A DNA stretch of 63,615 nt, the filler included, from Sluysia triapertura (taxonomy: Eukaryota): the NCBI GenBank assembly GCA_046118255.1. It is 5 parts of 5 records of this genome, joined end to end, with 100 filler letters (N's around TTAATTAATTAA, not from the genome) between each part and the next. Parts side by side here need not be neighbours in the genome. Positions count along the whole stretch, not along the records: positions 1 to 12,608 come from JBJNIA010094780.1; 4 more parts are not named here. One strand, given 5' to 3'. Within the stretch, counting starts at the first letter, position 1. Every line of letters starts with the position of its first letter. The notes beneath the pieces are model-generated. The model was not told the origin of the DNA. It did not search any database and worked only from the letters and a program-made list of their open reading frames with translations. The translations under genes were made by a program, and so were the position numbers. Positions 1-12,608 of the stretch are shown piece after piece.

Positions 1-69
<69 letters not shown>

Positions 70-70
70 T
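1..70. repeat. (ATT)n microsatellite at contig start
   Basis: Pure ATT tandem array. Confidence 0.98.
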
Positions 71-905
71 ATTACATTAGTATTGTTAAAAATAATTCGA
101 AATTGTTAAAGTTTGATAAGGTAAGGACATAGACCAGAAATAAAATTAAGATAATAAGGAATGAAAGTATATAAAAATTTATTCTGCTTATGACTTAAAT
201 ATGTCAAACGCGTATACTATTAATATTAGTGGAAAAAGACGACTTAACATTCAGGTTCCTGCTTTTTTATCGTTAATAAATAGTAATTCTTGTTTGAATA
301 ACTTATGTTTCTGTACTCGGTAGTAGTTTTGTTGCATAGTCAAATGATCTTGGACAGAGTAGATATATTTTTGAAATTAAGTAAAATATGGTAACATTAT
401 TATTCACACTTATTACAATTTAAGTAATATAAGAAGTAACTTAAAGTAATATAAATGTTAATTGTAAGATTAGCAGGAAGATAAGGATTCATGCTATTTA
501 TCTTGAAGATTGTAAAAGATTTGAGTACTTTGTTTAGTATTTTATAATTTAAGTATTCGGGTATTATTAATTTTGATAACTTTATTATGCACATGTGAAC
601 AATAGCAGTTTTAATCAGATCGAATAAGTGAGAACTTGAATGCTTGAATACTTCGATAATATGCTTAAATACTAAATATACCTTTTATACTTTAAAAACT
701 TGTAACTTTATTTGTAATTGCTACTTTATGCACTATTTTACAAAGTTTTTTTCATTTCTATACTAATTGCCTTGTGTATGTGGTCAAGTTATCCTACAAT
801 CTGTTATTACCAAATATTATTTATTATAGCCAACTTAGCTCTAAATTGGATTTGGCTATTATACAGTTTTTTTGAAATGATTAACTAATATTATACAGGA
901 GAATT

Positions 906-1048
906 NNNNNNNNNNNNNNNNNNNNNNNNNNNNNNNNNNNNNNNNNNNNNNNNNNNNNNNNNNNNNNNNNNNNNNNNNNNNNNNNNNNNNNNNNNNNNNN
1001 NNNNNNNNNNNNNNNNNNNNNNNNNNNNNNNNNNNNNNNNNNNNNNNN
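906..1048. other. assembly gap (143 N)
   Basis: Run of N without linker. Confidence 0.99.
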
Positions 1049-2132
1049 TATTAAATGTAAATTCATCGCAGTTAACCAATGAAGTCTTTCCTGTTATGTT
1101 TTAGAAATTTTGAAAATATAACTTCGATAGAACTGTTAAACTTAAAATTAAATAAGTATTATTTTTCATATTCCTACAATTTATAGCATCTGCTTATCTG
1201 TTTAATTAATTGTTTATTAAATGTACAATCAATATATTTTACTAATCGTTTCGATTTAACAATCCTTTGCCAATCTTTAAACTATTTTATAGCATTAATT
1301 TCTTGTTAATTGACTTTTGGCATGTATAACTAAAGCTACAATATAGTTTCATTAACATTTGTCATTTTATCAATAGTTTTTCACCAAACGCATTGAATTA
1401 ATAATTACATAAATGCAGTATTTGATTTTTCTTGCATATTTTCTAATCTTAGCATAAATTTAAAATTAAGTTATACCTATTATTATTAATAATAATAGTT
1501 ATCGTATACTTAAGAATAAAATATTGGTTATTTAAAAAGATAAAGAAAATCTAATACAAACAATATTCAAAAGAACAACAATAATATCATTCACTGAGAT
1601 ACATCTTTGTTTATTTAAGAAATAAAAGCCGAAAATGTATTTGTTACATACATCAATCAATTTAATATTAACAAAGCATAAATCTAAAATTTTACATTAA
1701 ATGATCACAAAAAGTTCACCAAAATTAAATTCATTTTACTCAGTGTCGCAGATTTATTCACCTGAGTTTATTAACATTGATTTGAATATAAAAAAATTTA
1801 CAAATATTTTTTAATAATGTATATTTGGCATAATGGCTCGAAATATACAAAAAAATCAATTAAATTGATTTTTCATTTTATATTAATTTTCCCCTATATT
1901 TAATATAATGATCATAAAGCAATTAAAAGCAACTGTTTTTTTAAATAAAATTAATATTTAAAAATTGTTTTTAATACCTTATTACATGAATTTCAATTAC
2001 AAAAAAAATTAGAATATTTTTTCGTTAATGTACGAAATATATTACTTTTTTTAATGTTTGATTATTTTATGGTAAAAATAAATTTATAAAGATACAATAA
2101 ACATAACTCATTTCATGATAAAATGTGATATT

Positions 2133-2903
2133 TCACTTAAAATGTTTAATTTTAAAATAATTATTATTTTTATAATATCCGGTAAATATTATATCTTTTG
2201 CTGCCCTCATTTCAGTTTTCCATTTTCCGTTTATCGATGTTGTATAATAAATTTGAGGGTATTTAAAATTGGTATTGAAATAATTACATTCATCCATCGA
2301 TTGAACAATTACTAAAATACCTCTATCATCTGAACACTGATTATCATAATTTCCAATATAAAACCTTCGTTCTAGTTTTTGATTATGAATACCTTTTACG
2401 CTAAAAGTATTAAATGAACCACTTTTAAGTTCATTTAAGTCAAATGGATAACTGTCAATAAGATTTGATTTTGAAAACCAATTTTGTTCGTTATCAGTCT
2501 CATCAACACGAAATGTAAAATTCATTACCACATCACCATTATTGTTTTTAACATCAAGTTTGACTTTGATTGGTCTATTTTGTGACCATTTATCTAAAGA
2601 ATGTGATTTATAATTACCAAATACATCAATTCCTTCTAAATAATTCGATGATATAAACGTATTAAAAACATCGAAACCAGATTCAGCAACTACTCGAAAC
2701 ATTACACCTTCATTCTTTTTGTAAACTGCTTCCATTTCTGTACTGGGAACATAATCATACAAATCACAATCCTTATTGATGTCTATTTGATCAAGATTTT
2801 TTGTAAAACCTTCGAAAGTACAGCTTAACAATCTGCATTCGATTTCTGATGGTATTATAAAGAAATAAAAGATAAGGGTTAGGAGACCAAATTTTGTATT
2901 CAT
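2133..2903 (-). CDS. single-exon secreted protein (256 aa), uncharacterised invertebrate extracellular domain
   Basis: Intact 256-codon ORF, ATG to TGA, in very AT-rich DNA. Hydrophobic signal peptide (MNTKFGLLTLIFYFFIIPSEIEC). Motifs VMFRVV, NWFSKSNLIDS, FSVKG, RRFYIG..Y..C..DRG.LV, C...YPQIYY recall an unnamed domain family I know from mollusc, cnidarian and lancelet proteins (from memory, not searched). Confidence 0.85.
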   Translation of the reverse strand: MNTKFGLLTLIFYFFIIPSEIECRLLSCTFEGFTKNLDQIDINKDCDLYDYVPSTEMEAVYKKNEGVMFRVVAESGFDVFNTFISSNYLEGIDVFGNYKSHSLDKWSQNRPIKVKLDVKNNNGDVVMNFTFRVDETDNEQNWFSKSNLIDSYPFDLNELKSGSFNTFSVKGIHNQKLERRFYIGNYDNQCSDDRGILVIVQSMDECNYFNTNFKYPQIYYTTSINGKWKTEMRAAKDIIFTGYYKNNNYFKIKHFK

Positions 2904-3767
2904 TAATAATAATAATAATGCGTAGAATAAACTGACCGTATTTTATATCAGCAATTCTGATTGTTTAAACTTTAAATTGTATAAAATGAAGTGTAATTTA
3001 GTACATGATTATACAACTTGACAAATGGTAAATTAACTCTTAAGTAACATAAATAAGTTATTTTTTACTTTGTTTAATTTTAAACAAAAGAAAAATATTT
3101 TAGTTTTATTTCTACAATTATATTTAAATTTTTATATTTAATTATGGAAATATTTAATTAAAAAAATTACACTAATATCAATTAAAATATAAATTTATAA
3201 TTTTTATCGGATTTTTTTAATTTTATTTTCCATGCATCGAAACTGTATTTTTCATATTTTTATACCAATTCTTAATTTTCTGCTTTATGAAATAAAGTGG
3301 TGTGTATCAAAATATCACAGATTCATATAACAAAAAAAGGAACGTTTTATGCAAAATAAAATTAAGTTTTAATTAATCAAATAGTGTCAGTAGATTACTG
3401 CTTGTAAAGAAGATTGACAAAAGGAATTCTTCAGTAGAGTTGGTTTTCTATCAAAAGTGACTATACATAATTAGATACACAAATTTCAATTTAAATAAAT
3501 ATCCACTTTGTGTATAAATAAAAGAATTGGGTTCGTGATAAATTCAAGTTCGGAAATATAGTCGATTATGTATTGTTTATGCATAAAAATAATTGAAGTG
3601 AAATTACTCGGGAAACGATTTAAACCTTTGCAGTCCAGTGTCTAATATCATTGGATATCACATTTTGGTTGAACAGGGTCAATGCATGTATTTATTACAA
3701 TTGTGTTTCTTTTTCATTTATTCATATTGACATACTTCGTTCTAAAAGTTAACCTGGACCTGCTACC

Positions 3768-3951
3768 CAGTGGCAGAACAAAGGGGGCAGGAAGGATAAT
3801 ATACCCCTTGGGTCAGCGTCATATGGTCGCAAAATTTCTTCTAGCAAAAAAAGAAAAAGAAATGTATAATCAACGTATACATTGCTTATACAATTGTGTG
3901 GTGTTTGAGGGCATCAGATCGAGGTCTTGCCACTCCCTAGGCACAACAATA
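3768..3951. mobile_element. small hAT-type MITE
   Basis: GC-richer 184-bp island starting CAGTGGC, flanked by the 8-bp direct repeat CTGCTACC (3760-3767 and 3952-3959). An 8-bp TSD is typical of hAT. Right TIR degenerate. Confidence 0.55.
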
Positions 3952-3989
3952 CTGCTACCATCACTAATAAAATCATCTGACCGCGAAAG

Positions 3990-4365
3990 ATTAATAACAA
4001 TTTAAAAGAATTTTATTTCTTTATGTTTTTAAATCTGAACCAACTTTTGATACGATTTTAGAAATGTTTTTGAAGCTTCGCTATTTGAAGTAATTTAAAG
4101 GAAGAGAAGAAAGAAATGTAAATTATTTTTACATTATTGCGAAGCTTAACTCATTAACTGCCACGATTCATATTTGAGGATTTTGAAAGTTTGACAGTTT
4201 AATGTCATTGTTTAATTTTGGAGTTACATAATGTTTAGAAAATTGATTAACGTCTTTAGTATGAATCATCTTGTTAAAATTGATTGAAGTTAACTTAAAG
4301 ATTTCTCTTTTATGAAACATAGAATTGAATAAATTTAATTTAATTGATTTGTATTTGTTTAGTTT
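3990..4365 (-). repeat. arm B-like segment of cargo-element copy 1 (degenerate ORF)
   Basis: Minus-strand translation ...FNKMIHTKDVNQFSKHYVTPKLNNDIKLSNFQN...SKIVSKSWFRFK weakly parallels ...FKDDSYKEINSRRVKMVYLRYDIKSIKIVN...NIKHLNWYHIK of ORF 58438-58845. Confidence 0.4.
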
Positions 4366-4367
4366 GG

Positions 4368-5318
4368 TTAATAAAATGACCGAGAAGTGAAACTAAAAGT
4401 TATTGAGTCATTTATGAAGTTGAATGAACTATTTGCATTTGGACACTTAATGACTTTCTCTGGATGTGGGTTCCTTAAATAAAAAGAATCAAAATTATAC
4501 AATTGTTGATTATAACAAATAAAAATAACTTTAGAATCAAAATCGTCTATGGAGCTGATAGATTGAGTATTGTCCAAGAAATCAGCATGATTTTTGTTAA
4601 TTGTCAACTCATCTTTGACTTTACTATCTTGAATGGTCATTACTAAATTATTGATACGTTCTAAGTGATCATTGATGGTGTTATGATTAGCATCAAGATA
4701 ACGTCTTTCTTGGATATTATGATAAAATTGACAAGATTGTCCAAATCTGCAGCATTGACCCAATTCATTCAATTGGAGTGGACATTGTGCTGTTCGAAAA
4801 AAATTATACTTTTGTTGGTTTGAAGAAATACCAATTAGTGATGTGGTTGTTGGAAGAGTATGATTGTTTGCAACATTCATTTCATTAAAAGAGTAGTAGT
4901 TAAATGTAGAATGATAAATACATTTGCTGAAATAAATAAATCTGCTATGGAGCAAGTTGACATTATAAGAATCAGGAACGGACAGCGACACTTGCTGTTG
5001 TGCATCTATCTTCATTAAGGCAACAAGGAATATCTGTAAAAAAACTTCATGCTTTACAATTATCAATAATTAACATTCTTTAAATTTGATCCAAATACAG
5101 TCATCATTCATTAATTGTCTTTTAGCAATAGCAAGGTTTAGATTTGTAGTATCAATTGAATTCGGTAAATGTCTACTTAAAATAATTGAGCTTGATTTTT
5201 CATCATTAAAATTATTCCTTGTGTGACAAAATAATTCATTTAACGTAGAATTTCTTTTAATTTCGATAACATTTTGTTCGATATCAGAATTTAATTTTAA
5301 TCGAAGAGTTTCATCCAT
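4368..5318 (-). pseudogene. CCCH zinc-finger protein (Unkempt/TIS11-like finger), interrupted by one in-frame TAA or an intron
   Basis: ORFs 5318-5070 and 5066-4368 share a frame and are separated by TAA at 5070-5072. Contains FRTAQCPLQLNELGQCCRFGQSCQFYHNIQERRY, a C-x-C-x5-C-x3-H finger. FRTxQCPL and ERRY resemble Unkempt fingers. Confidence 0.65.
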
Positions 5319-5464
5319 TATAATATGATAAATAATTAAGCCAAAATAATTGAGTAATATTAGTTTTAAAAATTGAATAATATTGGTTTTAAAAATTATG
5401 TTCTAATATTGTATATCAATTTCAATTATTTATTTGAGTATGTCTTTTATTAGCTACAAACTTA

Positions 5465-5531
5465 TGATTGGACGTCCACTAAGAGATGATAATAGTTACA
5501 AAAGAAATGACGTTGATTGGACGTCCAATCA
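5465..5531. promoter_or_regulatory. palindromic double CCAAT-box element upstream of the CCCH ORF
   Basis: Perfect 18-bp palindrome TGATTGGACGTCCAATCA (5514-5531) plus a partial copy TGATTGGACGTCCA (5465-5478), about 150-210 bp upstream of the ATG at 5318. Confidence 0.55.
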
Positions 5532-5639
5532 GATCAAATTACAGCACACACAAATGCATTATTTCGGTATCTGCCATCTGTCTACTGATGACAGACCATG
5601 GAATAAAATATGTTACTAGCCAAAATTGATGATTAAAAA

Positions 5640-6114
5640 GAATAACTGTGTTGATGATAGTGACTAACGTGATAATAATAATAATGATAATAAAAATAGT
5701 TATAATAATAAATATAATAAAATAATCTTTATTCTTTCCTAAAATATGAAAATTTCTTAAATACAATTCATGAAGATATAAATGAAATTAATGTTTTCCA
5801 AGGTATTAAAGAATGAATGTTGAAGGATTGTGCATTTTGAATGTTTTGGATTAATTTTAGCATATGTCTTTGATAATTTAAGATGTAAATTGTGATTATA
5901 ATGTTGTGAAATTATGAATTAAGAATGTTTTGAATAAAATTTAAAATGTTCATTGATGGTTTGAATGAAAATATAGTTTTGAAAATTTAAAATATTTTGA
6001 AATATTAAAAGGTTTTAATAGATCTGAAAATATAAAATATAAAGTGTTAGTAAATGTAATATTACAAATGAAATAATTATTTGAATTTTTAAGTTCAAAA
6101 GGTTGGCCACCACA
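5640..6114 (-). repeat. arm A of cargo-element copy 1
   Basis: On the minus strand it starts TGTGGTGGCCAAC (6114-6102), identical to 56909-56921. A C/A-rich body follows, ending in an ATT-rich tract as in copies 2 and 3. Confidence 0.5.
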
Positions 6115-7249
6115 TTAATATTGTTTATAGCAGATGGTGCGAACAAATTTTGGCACCATCTGTAAGATGAAAACATTTGTAATTATCTTTGTAATTTGCA
6201 AGTAACTATTTTTGATCAACTTTATCGTTTAAAAGTTAAATTGAATTCTTTTGTATCATTGGAAAGTCAAAATATGTTAAATTATGTTAAAATATTTTAT
6301 AAATTAAAGATGATTGTGTAATTTTATATAGTTTTGAATTTTTATATATTTTTTAAATTATTTTTAAAAAGTAAAACGATACTTTGGAAAAAATTTAAAA
6401 TTTTAATAATTTAAAACAAATGGAAGCAAATTAAAAAGAAAAATAATATAAAATAATAATTATAAAAAATAAAACAATAAAGATAGCAAAGTAATGACAA
6501 TTATAACAATTAATAAAATAATGAAAAATTTAGCAATATTTAATATTTTGAAATTATTAATTGTATTTATTTGCGTAAAATATTCAATTCTCTTTGATTT
6601 TATTGAATTTGTTAAACTTGAAAGATATCATGACAAAAAATTTAATTTGGACTACTGTACCGTCATGCTTATTTTATTTGGTTGTAGTTAGATATAACAC
6701 TTTTGTGCAATTTTGAAGATATAACTGCATTTTATTTGTGCAATTAAGTACTAAGACTTCTGTGTTGTAAGCTTTGTCTGCAATTTTGTTTTATTATGGT
6801 CAGGTTTACTATTTTTTGTTTTTGGCATATCTTACAATTCTATTAGAATAAATTTTATATTTCAAGGTTTAGATTTGATTTAATATTACTGAAAAGATTC
6901 GAGGAAGTTAACAAATTAAGTAAAAATCTGGATGAAGTAAGGATAATTGTGTATTTTTATAAAATCTCGAAGATATTAGAAATAGATCACCAGACATTGT
7001 TTGCTTTTATATTTTGTTATCGTTATGGCCAATTAATCCCATTCTATAAAAACTATTAATTTATCTTTACCTTTTATTCGATTACCTATTTCAGAGCACT
7101 TTTATAAATAAAATGCCTACTGGACTTTTGTATAAATTGTTTTCTGTTAAATATACTCTTTCTATTTATTTTTTAAGTAAATAAACTAACTTAATTGTAG
7201 TAATAAGACCAACAAATATAAAAATGTTATAATGTATTTTTCGTCCGTT

Positions 7250-9182
7250 TAAAGAATAACAGTTGTTCAGAAGTTCTTTATTTCTCAATATTTGCAAAGC
7301 ATAACTTCAAAAAGGTCAAAACATCTAGTGTTTTTTATGCAATAATTGAATCTTTTTAAAAATATGCTGCAGGTGAAAAAGCTCTTTCAGATTCTACACT
7401 TGTTGCTTTAATTGTGCACAGGCTTCGGTGTAGTTTTCTAAGCGCTCAGATCGCTTCCCTGTTGCCTAAATCAACAGTAGATTGAGAAGTGGGTTTGAAT
7501 TTCTCTTTTTAACCACTTCTTTGAGATATCGGTGAAGCATTGAATCATTTGATTCATTATTAATTTCAGTTGAAAGAAAAATATCATGTTCTACTTCCTC
7601 CGTTTGTGTTTGGAAATCGTTAGATTGATAAAGCCTATTAAAAGTTGCTTTCGCCAATCTCTTTATCGTTTCATAATTTGGCAATAAGAAAGGTGTTGAA
7701 CAATTATTTTTCTACTAAATCGGGATCTTCTATATAAAGTATTAGTCCAATAAATTCAATCATCCCTCACGAATTGTACCTTTCTTCTTAAATTTTTCTC
7801 AGTCTTGCGGCTAAGACAGAAATATTTAATTCTTACAAAATAAATTTAACTGAATTTTCGCTTTTTAATAGTGAAGCGTCTTCCCTGGAAAGCCTCTTAA
7901 TAGCTATTTCAAAAGGATAGAGTGCGTTTAGAAGAACGTCCAAAGATGCAGTATCACCGATGTCACAAACTCTTAAAGCACGAGGAATAGAACTTTTTAA
8001 TCTAGAAATCATTGTAATAATACTATTCCATCTTGTGGAAATGTCTAATATAATTTTTCTTTTCCTTTTGATTCATTCTTAAATATTTCTTGCAAGTAGT
8101 GTTTCTTCAATGGCAATTTCCTGATGACTTTGCATATTCTTCTAACTTTTGAAATTATTTTACCCAAGCTTCATTAATATCTGGACCACATTAAGAATTA
8201 CAATTTATTTCAAAGTCAAAGCCATGTTTAAGGGCGAATCATAATCGTCCCAGTCTTCAATAATTTCATGATTGTCTTCTTTCAAAGTGCATTTTTCATC
8301 ATTTTTTTCAAGTTTTTTTCCTTTGTGCAAAACATTGTATATTGTTAAATGAATACAAGAGGCTAAGCAAAGTTGATGAACAAATTTGTTTTCCTTGCTA
8401 AATTTGATCATGACAGAACCTCTATCTGATGTTGCTCTGACAATAGCGAAATTTAAATTCAAATTCACGTAATCTGTCTCTCGCGATATCTGTGATTCTG
8501 TAACTTTTCAATGACTTACGAAAGTGAACTAAACAAAGACACCAGTGCTTATTCATATCATGCACATTAATATTCATAAACCGAATAAACCGATGTATAC
8601 TCGTTCAGTGAAATTGAGTAACGAATCTGATTTGAAAAATATTCCGTTAAGTCAGTTATTTTATTTCATAAAAGTGAAGCATTGAATTTTTAACGCCATT
8701 TACAGAAGTTGGCGGCTTTTTATCGTACACATTTCATCAAGTTACTTTGAATGAACTCACTGCAAGCAATTTGCCGAAAACCATATTTACAAGACAATTG
8801 ACTAAAACTTCATCCACAGATTTCCTTTTGATCAAATGTTCTAAAGTTTTTTGTTTCTTACATGAAAGACCACTTGATTCATCCTCAAGATCGATAGCGT
8901 GAACTTTTATCGTATGTTGTTGCAAGTTAAGCATTTAGCTTCTTCTTTAACTGTCCTAGAAAAATGTTGCCAGACGTTTGACTTTCTATGAGGCATTATA
9001 AAGGATGATTGTTTTCACTGTAATTCCGAATGTTGAATTTTTGAAAGTGTTGTGTTGACTAATGTAATAGAATATTAAAAAAAAATTTTAAAAACCGGAA
9101 TTTCATTCTTTGGTTTCGGTACTGTCCATAATTTTCGAATCCCGGTATTTACCGGTATTGTAATACTGGTTTGCAAACCCTA
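7250..9182 (-). mobile_element. degenerate hAT DNA transposon
   Basis: Minus-strand fragments: BED finger (MPHRKSNVWQHFSRTVKEEAKCLTC), TSDRGSVM, LDISTRWNSIITMISR, and dimerisation motif ATSVESERAFSPA. Terminus TAGGGTTTGCAAAC at 9182 with subterminal CCGGTAT repeats. Many stops and frameshifts; second TIR not found. Confidence 0.9.
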
Positions 9183-11129
9183 ATTTTAATCTATGTATTA
9201 TCATGATAATATGGCTAATTGTGTCTATGTATTATTTAAATTTCGAGATTGTCCTTTACTTAATATTGAATCTCGTATTAACAATATCTTTAATTTTAAA
9301 ATTGACAGAGAATACTTTCTCCAGACTTTAGATATTCATTCTTGAAATTGTTCCTGAGATGATTATTCCACTAGAATATTTATTGGTTGAAATAATTTGC
9401 TCTGAGTCCTCTTCACTGGATTTAAGACTCGCATTAACGTTTCGTGTACTCAAATAAATTATACTCTTAATACACCAATGCATACTTAATGACAAAAGAT
9501 AAAACAAATATAAAGAAGTACTTAAATATAAGTATACTTATTCAACTTTAAATTTAATTTAATTTAAATTAATTAGTTATATTATTTACAAGTTATATCT
9601 TTTATGTTTTTCATGTCGTAATATATCAACTTTCATTGAAAAATATCCAAATATATGTTAATATTAATATTGTATTAAAAATTTCATATGTAACTATAAC
9701 TTATAATTTGGAAAACTGCACTTTATTCCGTAAGCCAAGTTTGAGATTTAGATTATCATTTAAAAATAAATGAATATAACTAACATGCGAACTTCAGCTA
9801 CTTTATTATCGTTGACTCGTACACAAAATTGAGAAGTAGAAGAAGTAGAATAAAAATAGAGGAATAAACAATAAAATATAAAAATTATAAAATAAAAGGA
9901 TAGAAATTCAGTAACAATAATACGACGACAATAAGGTTTTATAGTTAATAAAAATATCAATTTTTATGTACATTCGATTGTAGTTGTATGTGTCTTTATG
10001 AGAATTTGAGTTGTATTCTACCATTGTTTCTTATTTTTGTTTGTTAATTGTTAATTGTGTTAAGTTAGTCGAATTTTGTTAATGATTTGATGATGTCAAT
10101 AATGATTATAATAATGCTAATGACTATTGGAAGGTATAATGTTTTGCGAAAACTAAATTTTAATAATATGAAAGAATGAAAGCATTCGTTAAGGATTATT
10201 TATATTTTTATTAATTTAGTGTTTTGATATTTAGGGTTTGGTAATGATACAGTCTTGTGTGATGATATGCATGAAATAAGTATATATGTTTCGGAGGTGA
10301 AGTTTTTTGTATATTAGTAATTTTTTGAAGTAATGTTGTAATTCTTCAATTCTATTCTATAATAATTCTGCAGTTAATTTATCATTGTAGTTAAATTCCA
10401 TTATCTGTCTATGTATTTATTATATGGCAAAATTCATGTACATGTAAAAAGTTAAAATGTTATATTATGTTTCACAGAGCTTGTATAGACTCATAATGAA
10501 CTCTTAGTCTCTGCTAATATTCTAAACTTCTAAACTTCTTTTTGAATTTAACTGGAGGTACAATCTTTTTTAATGTAAACTCCTTCAATTAACTAACTCT
10601 TTAAACGATCTCTCTACTTTATTTGCCTTATCTGGAAGTGTGAACTCGTCTCAATTCTACTCAGAAGTGCTCAAATAAAACTCCAACTATTTAAAGTTTA
10701 TTTATTAAAATTTTTATATATGTTCCAATATTCACTATAACACTTAAATTTTATTTTATATATTACTGAATTTGTTTACTTACTTTATACCTAATTCAGT
10801 CCTATGGGCTATATTATCAACTCCTTTTGTTCTAAAAAAGAATGCGAAACAACAATGAATATTTTTTCAACAAAATAAGAAATTAATATAATTAATATTA
10901 CAAAATTCTAACTTTATTTATTTAAAATGTAAATAAATAATAATAATAATAAAAGATTTAACTTTATTTAGTATGAGTCTGGAAATAATTCTTGCCTTGT
11001 ATATCAAATTCCAATATATTCAAAAGTGTTATAGAAATGTTCCAATATCTTCAATTATCTTCCTTACGTTGTCGACACAAAATGTTTCATTATCTTAAGT
11101 TAATTTTATTACATTTGATGGTACAAAAT

Positions 11130-11400
11130 GTTTCAATAAATCTCGTATTTATACTAATTATTTCCAGTCAAATTAATAATAGTTATTATAATCAATTAGG
11201 TATAGTCAAATAACATTAATTCACATTATTTTCAAACAACAGTCTAACACAAAATTAATATGATAGTTATTTCAATCAATTAGTTATAATAACAGTCGAA
11301 ATCAATAGTCTAAAATAGTTAATAAATTTCAATCAATAGTATAAATATTCAGTAATAGTCCAAAAACCAATACTATTATTTCGTTTATAGTTTAGCTATA
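11130..11400. repeat. degenerate minisatellite (AATAGTC/AACAGTC/ATAGTT units)
   Basis: About ten loosely spaced recurrences of (A)ATAGT(C/T) or ACAGTC. Confidence 0.45.
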
Positions 11401-12608
11401 GTTATTTACAAGAATTATTTCAAGTCATTTACATATTTTATTTAAGTTAATTTTGAGTGAGAATAATGTTAATTTTTAATTACATACTAGTTCTATTGAA
11501 TCTCAATTTAATGATTTTATCTTATATATAATATTTTAAATCGTATTTTTAAGATAATTTTAATTGGGTTTTATGTTCTTAAAGTTTGATTTCATATTGT
11601 TATTATTATTTTAAGATAATTTCTTAACTACAATAGTAAGGTTTAATGTTTATAAATTTTAATTCCATATTGTCTTTATTGAATCTTACTTTGAAAAGAT
11701 TATTTCTACAATTTCAATTAAATTTGATTACAATTTGTTACTAAATTTGGTTACTAAATTTTGTTACTAAACTGTATGTAACCTCATTTTAAATTTATAG
11801 AACGTTATAACCTCAGTAATTTTTTGAGCATTATTTTTATAGTAAAAATGAGTATTTTTTTAAGATGTAGACATTATTTTATAAAATAAGTATTACGAAG
11901 TATTATATTACATATTAATTTACTTCTGCAAAATTAGTCTGACTATATCATAATATACTTAGTGGCTGTGTGTTATTTTGTGCTAGTATTCGGTTTTCTA
12001 TTTCTATTTTAACAAAAGCATGGGTATTTTTCGTTCTTTCATCGATACTGTCAGATCTGATCGATGTTTCTTACATTATATTTTAATTTTCAAATGTTAT
12101 TTTAAGGTGTTCCTTAAAAGGATACTGTGTTATTCTTTTAAAATTACTAAAATACAGTGGTTTAATTTTATTTAAAATTTTAATTTGAGGTTATTTATTT
12201 TGAGGTTTGTAACATTAAATTATTCTCACATATTGAAAATTATTTTTATTTATAATTATTGTATATAAATGTTACATTAATTAAAAAGTTTAGTTAATTT
12301 CTATTTAATATTGTTATATTAAAAAACAATTATTACTTAATAAAACATACAGAAATTCACACAAAAAGATAAAAGAGAATATTTAATTGTATAAAATAAG
12401 TTATACAAATTCTTTCATTCATAAAATTAAAGTCATATATTTTGTTTTTCGCATTTTTGTAAAAAGGAAAATCAATTGAAGGTATAACTAAAAATTATAT
12501 TTTATAGTCACGTTCATTATGAGAATGATGAATATTTGAATACTTATAGTCGTATGAAATTAAATTATTAATGATAATACTTATTGGAAATGACATAATA
12601 CCATATAT

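Noticed and set aside
3682-4005. 107-aa ORF as a gene
   Set aside because: The open frame runs through the GC-richer MITE and has no protein-like features.
5070-5072. Reassigned TAA (non-standard genetic code), suggested by single in-frame TAAs here and at 58017-58019 and by TGA stops in intact genes
   Set aside because: Long genuine exons (2133-2903, 60243-60866, TMEM14, UAP1) have no in-frame TAA or TAG, which reassignment would make frequent in such AT-rich DNA. Pseudogenisation or splicing is simpler.
11130-11400. CRISPR-like repeat-spacer array
   Set aside because: Repeats are short, degenerate and irregularly spaced; eukaryotic context; no cas genes.
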